From an uncultured virus (IMG/VR IMGVR_UViG_3300033047_000037) (lineage: Duplodnaviria; Heunggongvirae; Uroviricota; Caudoviricetes): a DNA stretch of 64,000 nt. The notes beneath the pieces were generated by a model. The model did no database searches. It was not told where the DNA came from and saw nothing but the letters and a program-made list of their open reading frames with translations. Below are positions 40,157-50,147 of this stretch, in pieces (positions within the stretch are counted from its first letter, which is position 1; the number at the start of each line of letters is the position of its first letter). Made by a program: the position numbers and the translations under genes. Location: the IMG/VR virus record IMGVR_UViG_3300033047_000037. One strand, written 5' to 3'.

Positions 40157-40483
40157 ATGAGATACACAGCAGGTACATACTCAATCGTTACGGAACCAGG
40201 AAAGGCCACCGCTTATCGTTGGCTCGCTGATACAGATTTCAATATCCTCGGCGTTGAATTTGTTGACTTCTCCTGCGAACATGACTTTGTTGAGGATGGG
40301 GAAGTCGAAGAAATCCCCGAAGCCGATTGGCGCAATGCCGATTCTTATGAATCTCGAACAGATGAATGTTACTCGCAAGTAAGAGAGTACATCAAGACGA
40401 CAGATCAACCCCTCGCTACCTATGGTTGCGATATGAACAAGCTACCCCATTGGGGGAGGCACCTACTTCTACTGAGCCACTAG
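40157..40483 (+). CDS. Cassette gene, hypothetical (leaderless)
   Basis: ATG at +33. Confidence 0.7.
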   Translation: MRYTAGTYSIVTEPGKATAYRWLADTDFNILGVEFVDFSCEHDFVEDGEVEEIPEADWRNADSYESRTDECYSQVREYIKTTDQPLATYGCDMNKLPHWGRHLLLLSH

Positions 40484-40519
40484 ACTTTCACATGCAGTAA
40501 ATCTGGAGTATCAGTAGAT

Positions 40520-41173
40520 ATGAGTAAGACAGCAATCGCAACCTCGTTCGTCATCCGCAATGCAAACTCTGTAGATGACGATGGACCCCTTTATTGGAAC
40601 AATGACTCTGGCTGGGGTTGCTACGCCACAGCGCAGAAGTATGAGAACACATACGGAACGCTACCCATCGACGGAGTATGGCAACACGCTTACGATGGTG
40701 TCAATATGCTCAACGGCGATGAGGCTTGGTTCGGTCGGTTACAAGAGAAGAAATTTACGCAAGACACTCTCTTTGCGGCAAATAGCAATCAGCCTGGCGT
40801 CGAGACTCTGAAACAGAAGCTCATTGCTCACGCTGGCGCAGCCGCCGTTATGCCTGTCTTTGAGGCTGACTTGGAGAATCTTCTCAGCCGACGATGTATA
40901 TTCATCAATGGGGGCAATCACCGAATGGGAGAAGGCGAGGCTTGCAAATGTCACGGCAACGCCGCCGCCCTTTGGGACCAAGACGCGGAACGGTACGATA
41001 TTTATACCGGATATGGTATGAGCGATGATGGAGTTTGGCGACAACATTCGTGGGCCTATGACAATACTGACAAGCTCATTGTTGAGACTACTGAGCCTCG
41101 TATAGCCTACTACGGCTTTGCTCTGACCTTGGATGAATCCGCCGAATTCTTTGAAGCAAACTACTACCATTGA
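40520..41173 (+). CDS. Cassette gene, possible transglutaminase/papain-like fold
   Basis: CHGNA...WRQHSW...ETT; ATG at +33; fold is a guess. Confidence 0.6.
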   Translation: MSKTAIATSFVIRNANSVDDDGPLYWNNDSGWGCYATAQKYENTYGTLPIDGVWQHAYDGVNMLNGDEAWFGRLQEKKFTQDTLFAANSNQPGVETLKQKLIAHAGAAAVMPVFEADLENLLSRRCIFINGGNHRMGEGEACKCHGNAAALWDQDAERYDIYTGYGMSDDGVWRQHSWAYDNTDKLIVETTEPRIAYYGFALTLDESAEFFEANYYH

Positions 41174-41206
41174 TTCACATGCTGTAAAGATTCCGCGCCA
41201 AGGTAT

Positions 41207-41416
41207 ATGAATGGAACATGCGATAGATGCGGAATAAAAGGACGACCCATGACGATGAGCCGTTTCAACACGGACGAGATTTGTTGTGGGGATAAGAGTT
41301 GCGTTACGAAAGAATGCAACCACCCGAAATATGTAGAAGCGGCTAACGCCGAACTCGATGCCGTCAAGAGTGGAGATATGAATTTCCCCGGAATCGGCAA
41401 GCCCGCAGACCTTTAG
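41207..41416 (+). CDS. Small Cys-containing phage protein
   Basis: CDRC..MSRFNTDEIC...NFPGIG; ATG at +33. Confidence 0.75.
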   Translation: MNGTCDRCGIKGRPMTMSRFNTDEICCGDKSCVTKECNHPKYVEAANAELDAVKSGDMNFPGIGKPADL

Positions 41417-41425
41417 GAGAAACGA

Positions 41426-41668
41426 ATGAGTGAAGCAACCGAAGCAGTCGTACCAGTCGCACCACCTGCAAACGACATTACACTGCATGGCGCAAAGAAT
41501 TGGGTCTATGCAACCGTTGACGGTCGAGATTTCAAGATACATGAAGATGACGACGGGGATTTCGATATTCGAGAGCGAACGGCTGATGATACTTGGGTTA
41601 GCCGATACGGTCCCGATTACGAAACGCTGACCGATGCGATTTATATTCTCTACATCCAAACTGACTGA
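41426..41668 (+). CDS. Small acidic protein
   Basis: AGGAG RBS. Confidence 0.7.
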   Translation: MSEATEAVVPVAPPANDITLHGAKNWVYATVDGRDFKIHEDDDGDFDIRERTADDTWVSRYGPDYETLTDAIYILYIQTD

Positions 41669-41827
41669 TTCACATGCTGTAAAGTCTGACTGCCAAGGAA
41701 CAGAAAGACAGAAACGAGCGCACGCAACAACCCTCAACGGAGCCTGAGACATGCGAGATATTATCTAAGGGGTTGGCCCCCAACTGTAAGCGAAAGGCAA
41801 AATGATCTTTCGTGCGAAAACTCAAGA

Positions 41828-41861
41828 AGCGGCCCCAGTGTTTGGGGGCCGTTTTCTTTTT
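41828..41861 (+). terminator. Intrinsic terminator
   Basis: GCGGCCCC...GGGGCCGT then T-rich tail. Confidence 0.75.
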
Positions 41862-41956
41862 GCTCCGATTTTTTCAGCCATACCAAAAGATCGGTGCAAG
41901 GGCTTTCACATGCTGTAAACTTCTGGCGGCAAGGGATAACAAAAGGAACGCAAACC

Positions 41957-42304
41957 ATGAAATGTTTAACTTGTGGCTCGGTCTTAGTAGGACTGGAAGA
42001 TAGATTTCTTGAACTCGTGGCTGACCTCATCAAATCAGATGAGAATCGAGAAGATACGAGCTTCATCGCCCGTAAACTTCGTGAGATGCTCATGGGCGAA
42101 CTCGGGCGGCCTGACCCGTTGGGGTCGATGACCAACCCGAAAATCCAAGAGCGTTTAGAATATCTGAGGGGCGAAGTAAAGGCTGAGCGAATCAGTTATG
42201 AGGAACTTGGCGAACTCCAGCAACTTGCGCCGCATATCGATCCATCTGATGTAGACCTACTGGAAGCCGCTGGCGTTCCTGAGTTTCCCGATGATGAGGA
42301 TTGA
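41957..42304 (+). CDS. Cassette gene, hypothetical
   Basis: Promoter plus AAGGA; ELQQLAPHID..DV.LLEAAGVPE. Confidence 0.75.
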   Translation: MKCLTCGSVLVGLEDRFLELVADLIKSDENREDTSFIARKLREMLMGELGRPDPLGSMTNPKIQERLEYLRGEVKAERISYEELGELQQLAPHIDPSDVDLLEAAGVPEFPDDED

Positions 42305-42356
42305 CCTTTTCACATGCTGTAAACTCTGACCATCAAGCATTGAAGGGAACACAACA

Positions 42357-42776
42357 ATGAAAAATACAGGCTTTGACGGTTTCTTGCTAGGATACATGGT
42401 AGCGGCTCTCTGGTCATCAACCTTTGACCCGACCGGCGAAAATAGCGGGTCGAATGAGGAGGAAATTGACAGTAACCACGGCATCGACGATATCGACGAT
42501 GATCTTCGGGCACATATGACCGATGATTGTAAGGTATTTTGGCGGCGCAACGGCTGCTATATTGATGCCTGTTCGGAACGCCACACCAGCGGCGAGTACA
42601 CCATTGAGGAACAGGCGGGCCACGATTTTTGGCTGACCCGCAACGGTCACGGCGCAGGATTTTGGGACCGCAAGGAATTGTGGGGCGAATACTACATGGA
42701 ACGATTCACGAAGGATTCCAAATGGTTCGGAACCCACGATATCACCGTTCATAAGGGCAAAGTCACAAATATGTAA
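42357..42776 (+). CDS. Cassette gene, phage hypothetical (GHDFWLTRNGHGAGFWDR)
   Basis: Promoter plus RBS. Confidence 0.8.
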   Translation: MKNTGFDGFLLGYMVAALWSSTFDPTGENSGSNEEEIDSNHGIDDIDDDLRAHMTDDCKVFWRRNGCYIDACSERHTSGEYTIEEQAGHDFWLTRNGHGAGFWDRKELWGEYYMERFTKDSKWFGTHDITVHKGKVTNM

Positions 42777-42898
42777 GTCACTCTTTTCTCCCTCCCCGTC
42801 GCAAGATGGGTTCGAGGGGTGTCCCACCGTTAGATCAGTGCATGTTACTTTCACATGCTGTAAACTCTTCGCGCCAAAGGATAGAACAGGAGACAAGC

Positions 42899-43204
42899 AT
42901 GAGCATACTCGCAAGATACAAAGATCACTTGATTTCTATCTCATCCGAGCAAGATGATGATGGTACAACAAAATTATACCATGATGTTACCTTTCCGGAT
43001 GGAAACAAGCGTACCGCACCATTCAGTCCCTACCACGGACGCTTCGCAAGCGATGTTGCGGCATGGATTGAAGTTGGTGCGCCGACTCGTTCAGAACTCC
43101 ACGCTCTCGGCGTTCGCGGCAATTTGTTTGACGATGATATGAAACGGCTTTGGAATGAGAAAATTGGCGAGGGTACGCCCTACCCATCCACCGAGCCCGC
43201 CTAG
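42899..43204 (+). CDS. Cassette gene, hypothetical
   Basis: Promoter plus AGGAG. Confidence 0.75.
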   Translation: MSILARYKDHLISISSEQDDDGTTKLYHDVTFPDGNKRTAPFSPYHGRFASDVAAWIEVGAPTRSELHALGVRGNLFDDDMKRLWNEKIGEGTPYPSTEPA

Positions 43205-43349
43205 AAAATCCCCCAGCCCATAATCTAGCTCTTCCGTGATGACCCGGGATGTCACGGCAGAGGGGTTGGGGTGACTCCTAATAAGATCGGTGCAAGATAG
43301 TTTCACATGCTGTAAATCTTTCGTGGCAAGAGATGAAGGGAAACAAACC

Positions 43350-43751
43350 ATGCCAGTAACAATTAACCCACTCAGAGACAACTACGAGAACATTGACGAA
43401 TTCGTAGACTATTCAGACATATACGGACTCGCAGAGCGTCTCGGATACGAAACAGCGCAGGAAGCATGGGACGCAAATCCCATTATCCAGTATGGCGTCA
43501 ACCCCAAAGACTTTGCCAAAGTAAGAGACAGAGGCATATGGGATGATCTTACCGCCGCCGGATGCGAACTTGACAACCACGAATCGGATCTCTATGTCAA
43601 AGACACTCCGACCGCCCGGGAAGTCATCAAGCGATTCACCGTCAACTGCAAGCCCCAGCGATTCCGAAGCCGAGTAGACAACGCCATATGGATTGATCTG
43701 CCATTCATGTTCCAGCCGTTCTGGGATGCCAAGGCCAAAATCACCGCCTAA
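43350..43751 (+). CDS. Cassette gene, hypothetical (DNHESDLYVK)
   Basis: Promoter plus RBS. Confidence 0.75.
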   Translation: MPVTINPLRDNYENIDEFVDYSDIYGLAERLGYETAQEAWDANPIIQYGVNPKDFAKVRDRGIWDDLTAAGCELDNHESDLYVKDTPTAREVIKRFTVNCKPQRFRSRVDNAIWIDLPFMFQPFWDAKAKITA

Positions 43752-43904
43752 CCCTTTCAGCCGCCAGACCTACCCGCAAGGGTGGGCGGCGGTTCTTGCC
43801 TACTGCAATAGATCGGTGCATACCCCTCACTGCGCCGCTATCACTGAATCGCTTTCACATGCCGTAAACTCTTCTCGGTAAGGTATAACCAAAGGAGCCC
43901 ACAC

Positions 43905-44264
43905 ATGGCACGCAGACCTCGGACCCCACAACCTCATCACGCCCCAACGACCCCAGAAACGATCCAGGCGTTCGTCGTATGGATCAATGAGATGCGGGCG
44001 GCTTACTTTACCAAGACCGGCTCTTCGCTAACTCCCGACCTCATCGAAGCGCAAGATCCGGGTCGAGTCAATACCAAACTTGTCGAAATGAGAGACGGGC
44101 GACCCGCTAGCGTGTTCTGCTTCATTGAAAATGCAACGGGCGCGGTTATGAAAGCCGCCAGCTTCGCCAGCCCCGAGCCCAAACGATACGAGCGTGGAAA
44201 CATTCACAAGGCGGATGAGTGGAGCAAGTGGATTGAGTGGACGGGACCAGCTTATGTCAACTAA
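43905..44264 (+). CDS. Cassette gene, phage hypothetical (KAAS..SP...RGNI)
   Basis: Promoter plus AAGGAG. Confidence 0.78.
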   Translation: MARRPRTPQPHHAPTTPETIQAFVVWINEMRAAYFTKTGSSLTPDLIEAQDPGRVNTKLVEMRDGRPASVFCFIENATGAVMKAASFASPEPKRYERGNIHKADEWSKWIEWTGPAYVN

Positions 44265-44475
44265 AGCGAGACAACTTGCCTGGCTGTACTATAACGGCCA
44301 CCCCATCCAGTCCGTACTCGTTACCGATGATATGATGACGAATGATGATATACGGCGAAAAATGCTGGCAGACCTTGATTCTGTTCCCGGCGTTGTATGC
44401 AACTATCCCGACGAAAACCCATCTGAGAGAAGGCTCAAAATCCACCACGGCGAGATCAGATATTTCCGACCCTAA
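44254..44475 (+). CDS. Hypothetical protein
   Basis: Overlaps upstream stop. Confidence 0.6.
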   Translation: MSTKARQLAWLYYNGHPIQSVLVTDDMMTNDDIRRKMLADLDSVPGVVCNYPDENPSERRLKIHHGEIRYFRP

Positions 44476-44590
44476 CCCTCAACGCCCGAAGGGGCAGTCA
44501 CCTGCAATAGATCGGTGCAAGCGAGTACGCTACTCTCGTAGTTTCACATGCAGTCAAACCTCCGCATCAAGCGTTGAAGGGAGCAAAATC

Positions 44591-44989
44591 ATGCTCAACA
44601 CTTGGGAGATTTTCGTCCAACTCTGCAACGCCGCTGTCGAGAGCAAGTGTGGACTCCACCGCAACGATTTGCCCGATTCCATCGCAATCGACGATTTTTG
44701 GAACGAATCCGATTCTGAGGCTGAGGCCAAGGCGCAAGCCAACGACTTCGCCGACGAACTCCTGGCTGACAACGGCTTTCCCGCCACCGTCAGCCATCCC
44801 GCCCCAACCGCCGACGACGATGCCGCCGCCGATGCCGATGCCGTTGAGGACGATGAGGACGGCGAGGACCGCCACGAATTCGACGACGAAGGCCCGCAAA
44901 TGACGGACATTGAGGCCGACGCGGACACTCTGGGATCTGCTGGCATGGGAACCGATGAATACTATGATGGAGGATGCGAACGGATGTAA
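44591..44989 (+). CDS. Very acidic protein
   Basis: D/E-rich; GGGAG RBS; tail DADTLGSAGMGTDEYY. Confidence 0.78.
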   Translation: MLNTWEIFVQLCNAAVESKCGLHRNDLPDSIAIDDFWNESDSEAEAKAQANDFADELLADNGFPATVSHPAPTADDDAAADADAVEDDEDGEDRHEFDDEGPQMTDIEADADTLGSAGMGTDEYYDGGCERM

Positions 44990-45089
44990 CCCCTAACCCC
45001 CACAAGGGGGTAGGCACTCATGATAGATCGGTGCAACCAATTCACATGCTGTAAAGTTCTGGCGGCAAGGGTTGAAGGGATACGAAACC

Positions 45090-45338
45090 ATGAGCGATGA
45101 AACAAAGACCGAAACCGATACCGAGACTTTAGTTGTCCGAGACCTGATTAATATGCTCAGATGCTTCGATCCGGATACCGAAATCTTTGGCTTGACCCGT
45201 TTGGGAGCCGAGGCGATCCCCATTCTCTCAGTCCGCAATGGCGAAGTCGATGGCGGCATATGGGTAGATACGGCCTGCGATGGCGTCTATACCGGCAAAG
45301 AACGGAAGGTTGCTCAACTCATCATCAGAATTGAATAG
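45090..45338 (+). CDS. Cassette gene, hypothetical
   Basis: Promoter plus RBS. Confidence 0.72.
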   Translation: MSDETKTETDTETLVVRDLINMLRCFDPDTEIFGLTRLGAEAIPILSVRNGEVDGGIWVDTACDGVYTGKERKVAQLIIRIE

Positions 45339-45388
45339 CCATACTTTCACATGCTGCAAACTTCTCTCATCAAGCCTTGAAGGGGTAC

Positions 45389-45760
45389 ATGATGGACGAA
45401 ACACAAATCGAATTCAGCAAGTCTACAACCGGCGGCGCTATCGTATCGTTCAATGACAATGCCGTTATCATTCGGCGCAATGTCAACCATCCGGAACAAA
45501 TGACAACTATCCGCTTTGTCCAAGGGGACGGGCCGACCCTGATAGAGGCGGATTGGAGCCCCTTGGCGTTCCCATTCATGGAATGCGATATGCAAGATCC
45601 CGAAACCGGATTCGGTTGGGGCACATCCGTTTATCTTTGGCTGTGTTTCGGAACAGAGGCACCTCCTAGCATCCCCGAACCGGCCTGGCCTGAGATTCGA
45701 CGGTTCGCCTCATTCCTTGCGGCTTGTCTCGATGAACATAGCGAAGTCCTTGACGGTTGA
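45389..45760 (+). CDS. Cassette gene, hypothetical
   Basis: Promoter plus RBS. Confidence 0.72.
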   Translation: MMDETQIEFSKSTTGGAIVSFNDNAVIIRRNVNHPEQMTTIRFVQGDGPTLIEADWSPLAFPFMECDMQDPETGFGWGTSVYLWLCFGTEAPPSIPEPAWPEIRRFASFLAACLDEHSEVLDG

Positions 45761-45878
45761 TCCTTATCCTCCCGCGCAAGCGGAGAGGAACAAGGACGCA
45801 GATAGATCGGTGCTATCACTGAATGGCTTTCACATGCTGTAAACTTTCCGCGCCAAGAGATAACAAGGAGACAAGAAC

Positions 45879-46250
45879 ATGCTATTACACGAAGTAAACG
45901 CAGTTGCAGATGAAATCATGAGCATCCTCGAAGGAGCGAAAGCCGAGGGTAAACTCCAAGGGTTCGACCTAACCAAAGGGGCCGGCAGATACGATGACAG
46001 CGGCTTTAGAATGAAGCTGAATGTCACGCCCCAGCGTTCCGATGCCGACCGCCAAAATATCGCAGAATCCACCGATGACGAAATGGTCCGCAATGGGTTC
46101 GCCCCTCCAGGCACGCCCGTTATGTGTGGGGATCAGCGAGGCGAAATCATCAAGCGCAGGCGCACCCGCTACCTCGTCAAGGGTATCGGAGGCAAGTGGA
46201 ACGGACAAGAGTTTACCACGAGGTTCGGCGGCGCAAGGCTGCTCGCCTGA
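45879..46250 (+). CDS. Cassette gene, hypothetical
   Basis: Promoter plus AAGGAG. Confidence 0.75.
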   Translation: MLLHEVNAVADEIMSILEGAKAEGKLQGFDLTKGAGRYDDSGFRMKLNVTPQRSDADRQNIAESTDDEMVRNGFAPPGTPVMCGDQRGEIIKRRRTRYLVKGIGGKWNGQEFTTRFGGARLLA

Positions 46251-46316
46251 GTCCACGGCCCCGCCTGAGTTTCACATGCAGTCAACCTCTACCATCAAGC
46301 GATGAAGGGGCAACAA

Positions 46317-46433
46317 ATGACAGAACGACCACACGACGACTTCGAGACTCAAATCCAAATTGAGGAGACTCATGATGATGCCGTAGATAGAGAACCGCCA
46401 CCACCGCTACCCACCGACGATGACACCGAATGA
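46317..46433 (+). CDS. 38-aa acidic peptide (absent from track)
   Basis: Promoter 46271 plus RBS; MTERPHDDFETQIQIEE... Confidence 0.6.
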   Translation: MTERPHDDFETQIQIEETHDDAVDREPPPPLPTDDDTE

Positions 46434-46521
46434 AGGAGCCCCCGCCGAAAGGTTGGGGGACATGAGGTCATATAGATCGGTGCATAGTTTCACATGCCGA
46501 AAAGATTTCCCGTCAATTATT

Positions 46522-46635
46522 ATGATGCTTCTTTTTCTTACTATCTTTACGATTATCTGGTGGGCGATTGTTCATTGGTATATAACCATCCCCGTCCTCA
46601 TCGTTATCCTCATCATTGGCAGTATGCTCGAATAG
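46522..46635 (+). CDS. 37-aa hydrophobic peptide (leaderless)
   Basis: ATG at +33. Confidence 0.6.
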   Translation: MMLLFLTIFTIIWWAIVHWYITIPVLIVILIIGSMLE

Positions 46636-46693
46636 ATTTAAGTTTCACATGCCGTCAAGTTTCTGCGCCAAGAGGTAACAAGGAGACAAGACA

Positions 46694-47053
46694 ATGCACA
46701 AATCACGCCGTATCAGTTTCGACCTCAAGACCGACAAACCTGATACCGTTATCGAGGTTTCAATCCGATACTCGAAAAGCGATTATGTTGGAGGCGAAAA
46801 CCAAGGCTATTGGATCGGTATAACGCCCGTCAAGATCGATGGAGTGTTCCGTATCCAAACCGCTTACTCCGGTGTCAAGGGGTTCCTTGAAGGCGCAACC
46901 CGATTCGGACAGAAGAAGCTCGACAATCTCGCCTCGTCGATTGAGCATGAAGTATTGACGGGCCACATGGAAGATCGCTGGCCCAAACAGGCACGCATGG
47001 TCGCCGAGTCGAACGGAGTACGAATCACCACCTGGGACCCAAAGAACGAATAA
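46694..47053 (+). CDS. Cassette gene, hypothetical
   Basis: Promoter plus AAGGAG. Confidence 0.75.
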   Translation: MHKSRRISFDLKTDKPDTVIEVSIRYSKSDYVGGENQGYWIGITPVKIDGVFRIQTAYSGVKGFLEGATRFGQKKLDNLASSIEHEVLTGHMEDRWPKQARMVAESNGVRITTWDPKNE

Positions 47054-47172
47054 CCATCCCCGCCCCGAAAGGGGTAGCCCCTCCACTTAGATCGGTGCAA
47101 CGAATACCTATCACTGAATGGGTTTCACATGCAGTCAAGTCCTAGGGTCAAGGGGTGGAAGGGAACATAACC

Positions 47173-47427
47173 ATGAAAATCGGAGACACAATCAAGAAGA
47201 CTCAGCACGGAGTCAGAGGAACCGATATCCCGTTCGGCGCAACCGTGGACTATACTACAGGCGTGGACAAGAAGACAATCAACTGGACAGTCGTCAATAC
47301 GCATTGTGGCAAGATGCTCTGCCTGGGAGATATGCCCGACACGAGCGGCCCCACATGCTGCTCACCGAGCAATTGCATCCACGGACAGAATGGACCGATG
47401 ACAATCACGAGCCTGCCAGCCGCATAA
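47173..47427 (+). CDS. Cassette gene, hypothetical
   Basis: Promoter plus RBS. Confidence 0.7.
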   Translation: MKIGDTIKKTQHGVRGTDIPFGATVDYTTGVDKKTINWTVVNTHCGKMLCLGDMPDTSGPTCCSPSNCIHGQNGPMTITSLPAA

Positions 47428-47530
47428 CCCCCACAAGGGGAACCACCTGCAATAGATCGGCGCAAGAGATATCAACTAAGTTTCACATGCCGTAAACTTC
47501 TGGCGGCAAGGGTTGAAGGGATACGAAACC

Positions 47531-47863
47531 ATGAATCACCCCACATTCAAGATCGGAAACATGAGGAAAGCGGTCGATTGGACTGTCTACCCTCAAGCGT
47601 TCAATGCCTCAAAGAGCGAAACCGCCGACGACCCTACTCTGTTTGTTCAATCAGACAAGCGGGCACTCAGTATCAACCTGAGAACAAAGAAAGGTATGCT
47701 CAGCAATGGCAAGGGACACCCCGGATTTGCTACCACCATGAAATTCCTGGGAGCGGTCGAGGTCGATGTATCCGATGAGATCATCGCACTTTGTACGGAC
47801 TCGGAACCAAAGAGCGGCGACATTATTGGGTCGTCAACCGTCGCCGTGTGTCGTATCGCATGA
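47531..47863 (+). CDS. Cassette gene, hypothetical
   Basis: Promoter plus RBS. Confidence 0.75.
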   Translation: MNHPTFKIGNMRKAVDWTVYPQAFNASKSETADDPTLFVQSDKRALSINLRTKKGMLSNGKGHPGFATTMKFLGAVEVDVSDEIIALCTDSEPKSGDIIGSSTVAVCRIA

Positions 47864-48115
47864 CCCCAGCCCCATAAGGGGCAAGGACGCATAAAGATCA
47901 GTGCAAGGAACGCCGATAGGCTGGTATGACATATGCCGAAAAAGCCGAAGCCCTAAGAGAGAGAAGATTCACTTGCCCCAAGCCGAAGCTGTTGGTGGCC
48001 TGCGCCTGGACCGAAGGCGAGTGGATTAGATACATTGACAATAAAGGCAAGTGGATACGCAAGATTTAAGTTTCACATGCCGTAAAGTTTCCGCGCCAAG
48101 AGACAGGAGACACCC

Positions 48116-48415
48116 ATGAAAATCACAATCGACACAAATCAAAGGTTTGCACCCGGCTGCTTCCTGCTCTGTCAAGTTGACGAGAAGGGCGAGTGGAACA
48201 TCTACGACGAAGCCACGACCAAGCTCATCCAGGGGGACTGGGACTTGCCACGCCTTGCCGTTGAGTTTGGCATCGGCAAGAAGCATCCCGATATGGAAGA
48301 GTCTGTTGACTTCCTCCACGATACAGCTTGCGGAACTGTCATCGAAGATCCAGGCTACTTCTCTGACCATAAGCGAGAACCCGACAATGGCCCACCTCAA
48401 GGGCACTTTGTCTGA
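48116..48415 (+). CDS. Cassette gene, hypothetical
   Basis: Promoter plus AGGAG. Confidence 0.75.
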   Translation: MKITIDTNQRFAPGCFLLCQVDEKGEWNIYDEATTKLIQGDWDLPRLAVEFGIGKKHPDMEESVDFLHDTACGTVIEDPGYFSDHKREPDNGPPQGHFV

Positions 48416-48525
48416 ATATCTAAATCCTTGCAACCCCGAAAGGGGATGGCTCTACAATAGATCGGTGCATGATGCTTTCACATGCTGTAAAGTTTCCGCG
48501 GCAAGGGATAGAAGGAAACACAACA

Positions 48526-48915
48526 ATGAAAATCTTATTTAGAATCGAAGTCCAAGGCCCCCGAGGTGACAAGTGGTGGGAGGACCAAGAGAAAGAGATC
48601 GGCGAAGGTAAGAACATCCGAGGGCGAGGCCGCCAGCCCGACTTTACGGGCGACATTGAGAAGTATGGCCGAGATATCATTGAATACTTCAACTCAACCG
48701 AGCCAGCCGACAGCCACCGTACTTTCCTCAGAGCAGAATACAAGCGACCTCCCCCGATCGCCCATGACGAAACTCTCAACGATGTTATGATGATATTCGT
48801 CCGAGAGAACGGGCAATCTCTCCTATGGGAACCATCAAGGTGCAAGAATGACGGTTGCCCCATCGACGAAGAGACCGGCGACGACCTAGAATATGTTGGA
48901 CTCTGCCGCGTCTAA
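48526..48915 (+). CDS. Cassette gene, hypothetical
   Basis: Promoter plus AAGGA. Confidence 0.72.
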   Translation: MKILFRIEVQGPRGDKWWEDQEKEIGEGKNIRGRGRQPDFTGDIEKYGRDIIEYFNSTEPADSHRTFLRAEYKRPPPIAHDETLNDVMMIFVRENGQSLLWEPSRCKNDGCPIDEETGDDLEYVGLCRV

Positions 48916-48964
48916 GTTTCACATGCAGTCAAGCCCTACCATCAAACCTTGAAGGGAGCCAACT

Positions 48965-49342
48965 ATGGCTAGACTAATCGGATTTCTCAAGGTCATCGGT
49001 ACTGAAGATTCCGGAACCTTTATGGTTCGCATCGGAACCTCCTGGTATGAGATGAGCCGAGATGCAAATATGCCCAACGGCGTATGTATCTACTTTGGCG
49101 AATCTACGAACGCAGCAAACGAGTGGGTCATGGATCGGCCAGAATACACCGGCGACTTGCCTCAAGGTATGGTGAAACAAATCATGGCCCTCATACAAAT
49201 GGCCCACGACCCTCTCATCCAGGCATCGGTGGCTACCGTCAAGGCATTCAATGATGACGATGACCGAGAGCGAGACGGAGCAATCGAACGGATGAGTGAG
49301 GCACTCACAGAGATTGGCCTCGAAGTACCCCAGACAACCTGA
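48965..49342 (+). CDS. Cassette gene, hypothetical
   Basis: Promoter plus GGGAG. Confidence 0.75.
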   Translation: MARLIGFLKVIGTEDSGTFMVRIGTSWYEMSRDANMPNGVCIYFGESTNAANEWVMDRPEYTGDLPQGMVKQIMALIQMAHDPLIQASVATVKAFNDDDDRERDGAIERMSEALTEIGLEVPQTT

Positions 49343-49849
49343 CCACGGAGCCCCGAAAGGGGAGCCGTCTGCAATAGATCGGTGCAAGAGATACCTGCAA
49401 GTTTCACATGCCGTAAAGTTTCCGCGCCAAGAGGTGAGCAAAGGAGACTGCAATGGTACGCTACTTCAAGGCAGATTCAATCATCATCAGAGCCTACAGC
49501 CTACTGGTTGTTCTTACTCTCTACCCAACAGCCCAACCCATCAGCAGAGAACAAGCCGCAGCGCATGACGCAAAGGGTGGAGCAATTACCTGGGTTCTAG
49601 GATGAGAACAGACCGATATTGTAAACGATGCGGACTCAAGGAAAGTCGCATATCCTTCGCCCGTGGTGGCCTAGTCTTCCTGACCTGGAAGAGAGTAAGA
49701 CAACTACTCTGCCCCTATTGTAGACAAGACTGTTTCGGCAAGTTTCCACATGCAACAACCCCCTAAAAAGGGGCAGCCGCCTGCAATAGATCGGTGCATA
49801 GGGTTTAACATGCTGTAAACTTCTCGCATCAAGGAATAGGAGAACAGTC

Positions 49850-50095
49850 ATGCTCGAAGCAAAGAACCTCAACGATACCCAACGACTTGCTCAAGAACTG
49901 CTCCGGGAAACCGGCTACAATGCTTCAATCCTCAAGGGTCAAGGAGAGCAAGGAGAAGCGTACAGCCGCGCAATGGGTCTCTGGAAGACCGCTTGCAAAC
50001 TCGTGGAATTGGCATTCTCCGAAGATGAGGCAGCGCGCATGATAGCGAAATCCTGGAACCCAACGAATGTAGAGTTCATCAAATTATCAGCCTAG
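49850..50095 (+). CDS. Cassette gene, hypothetical
   Basis: Variant promoter TTAACATGC plus AGGAG. Confidence 0.72.
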   Translation: MLEAKNLNDTQRLAQELLRETGYNASILKGQGEQGEAYSRAMGLWKTACKLVELAFSEDEAARMIAKSWNPTNVEFIKLSA

Positions 50096-50147
50096 GCTTT
50101 CACATGCTGTAAACTTTCCGCGCCAAAGGATAGAACAGGAGACAAGC

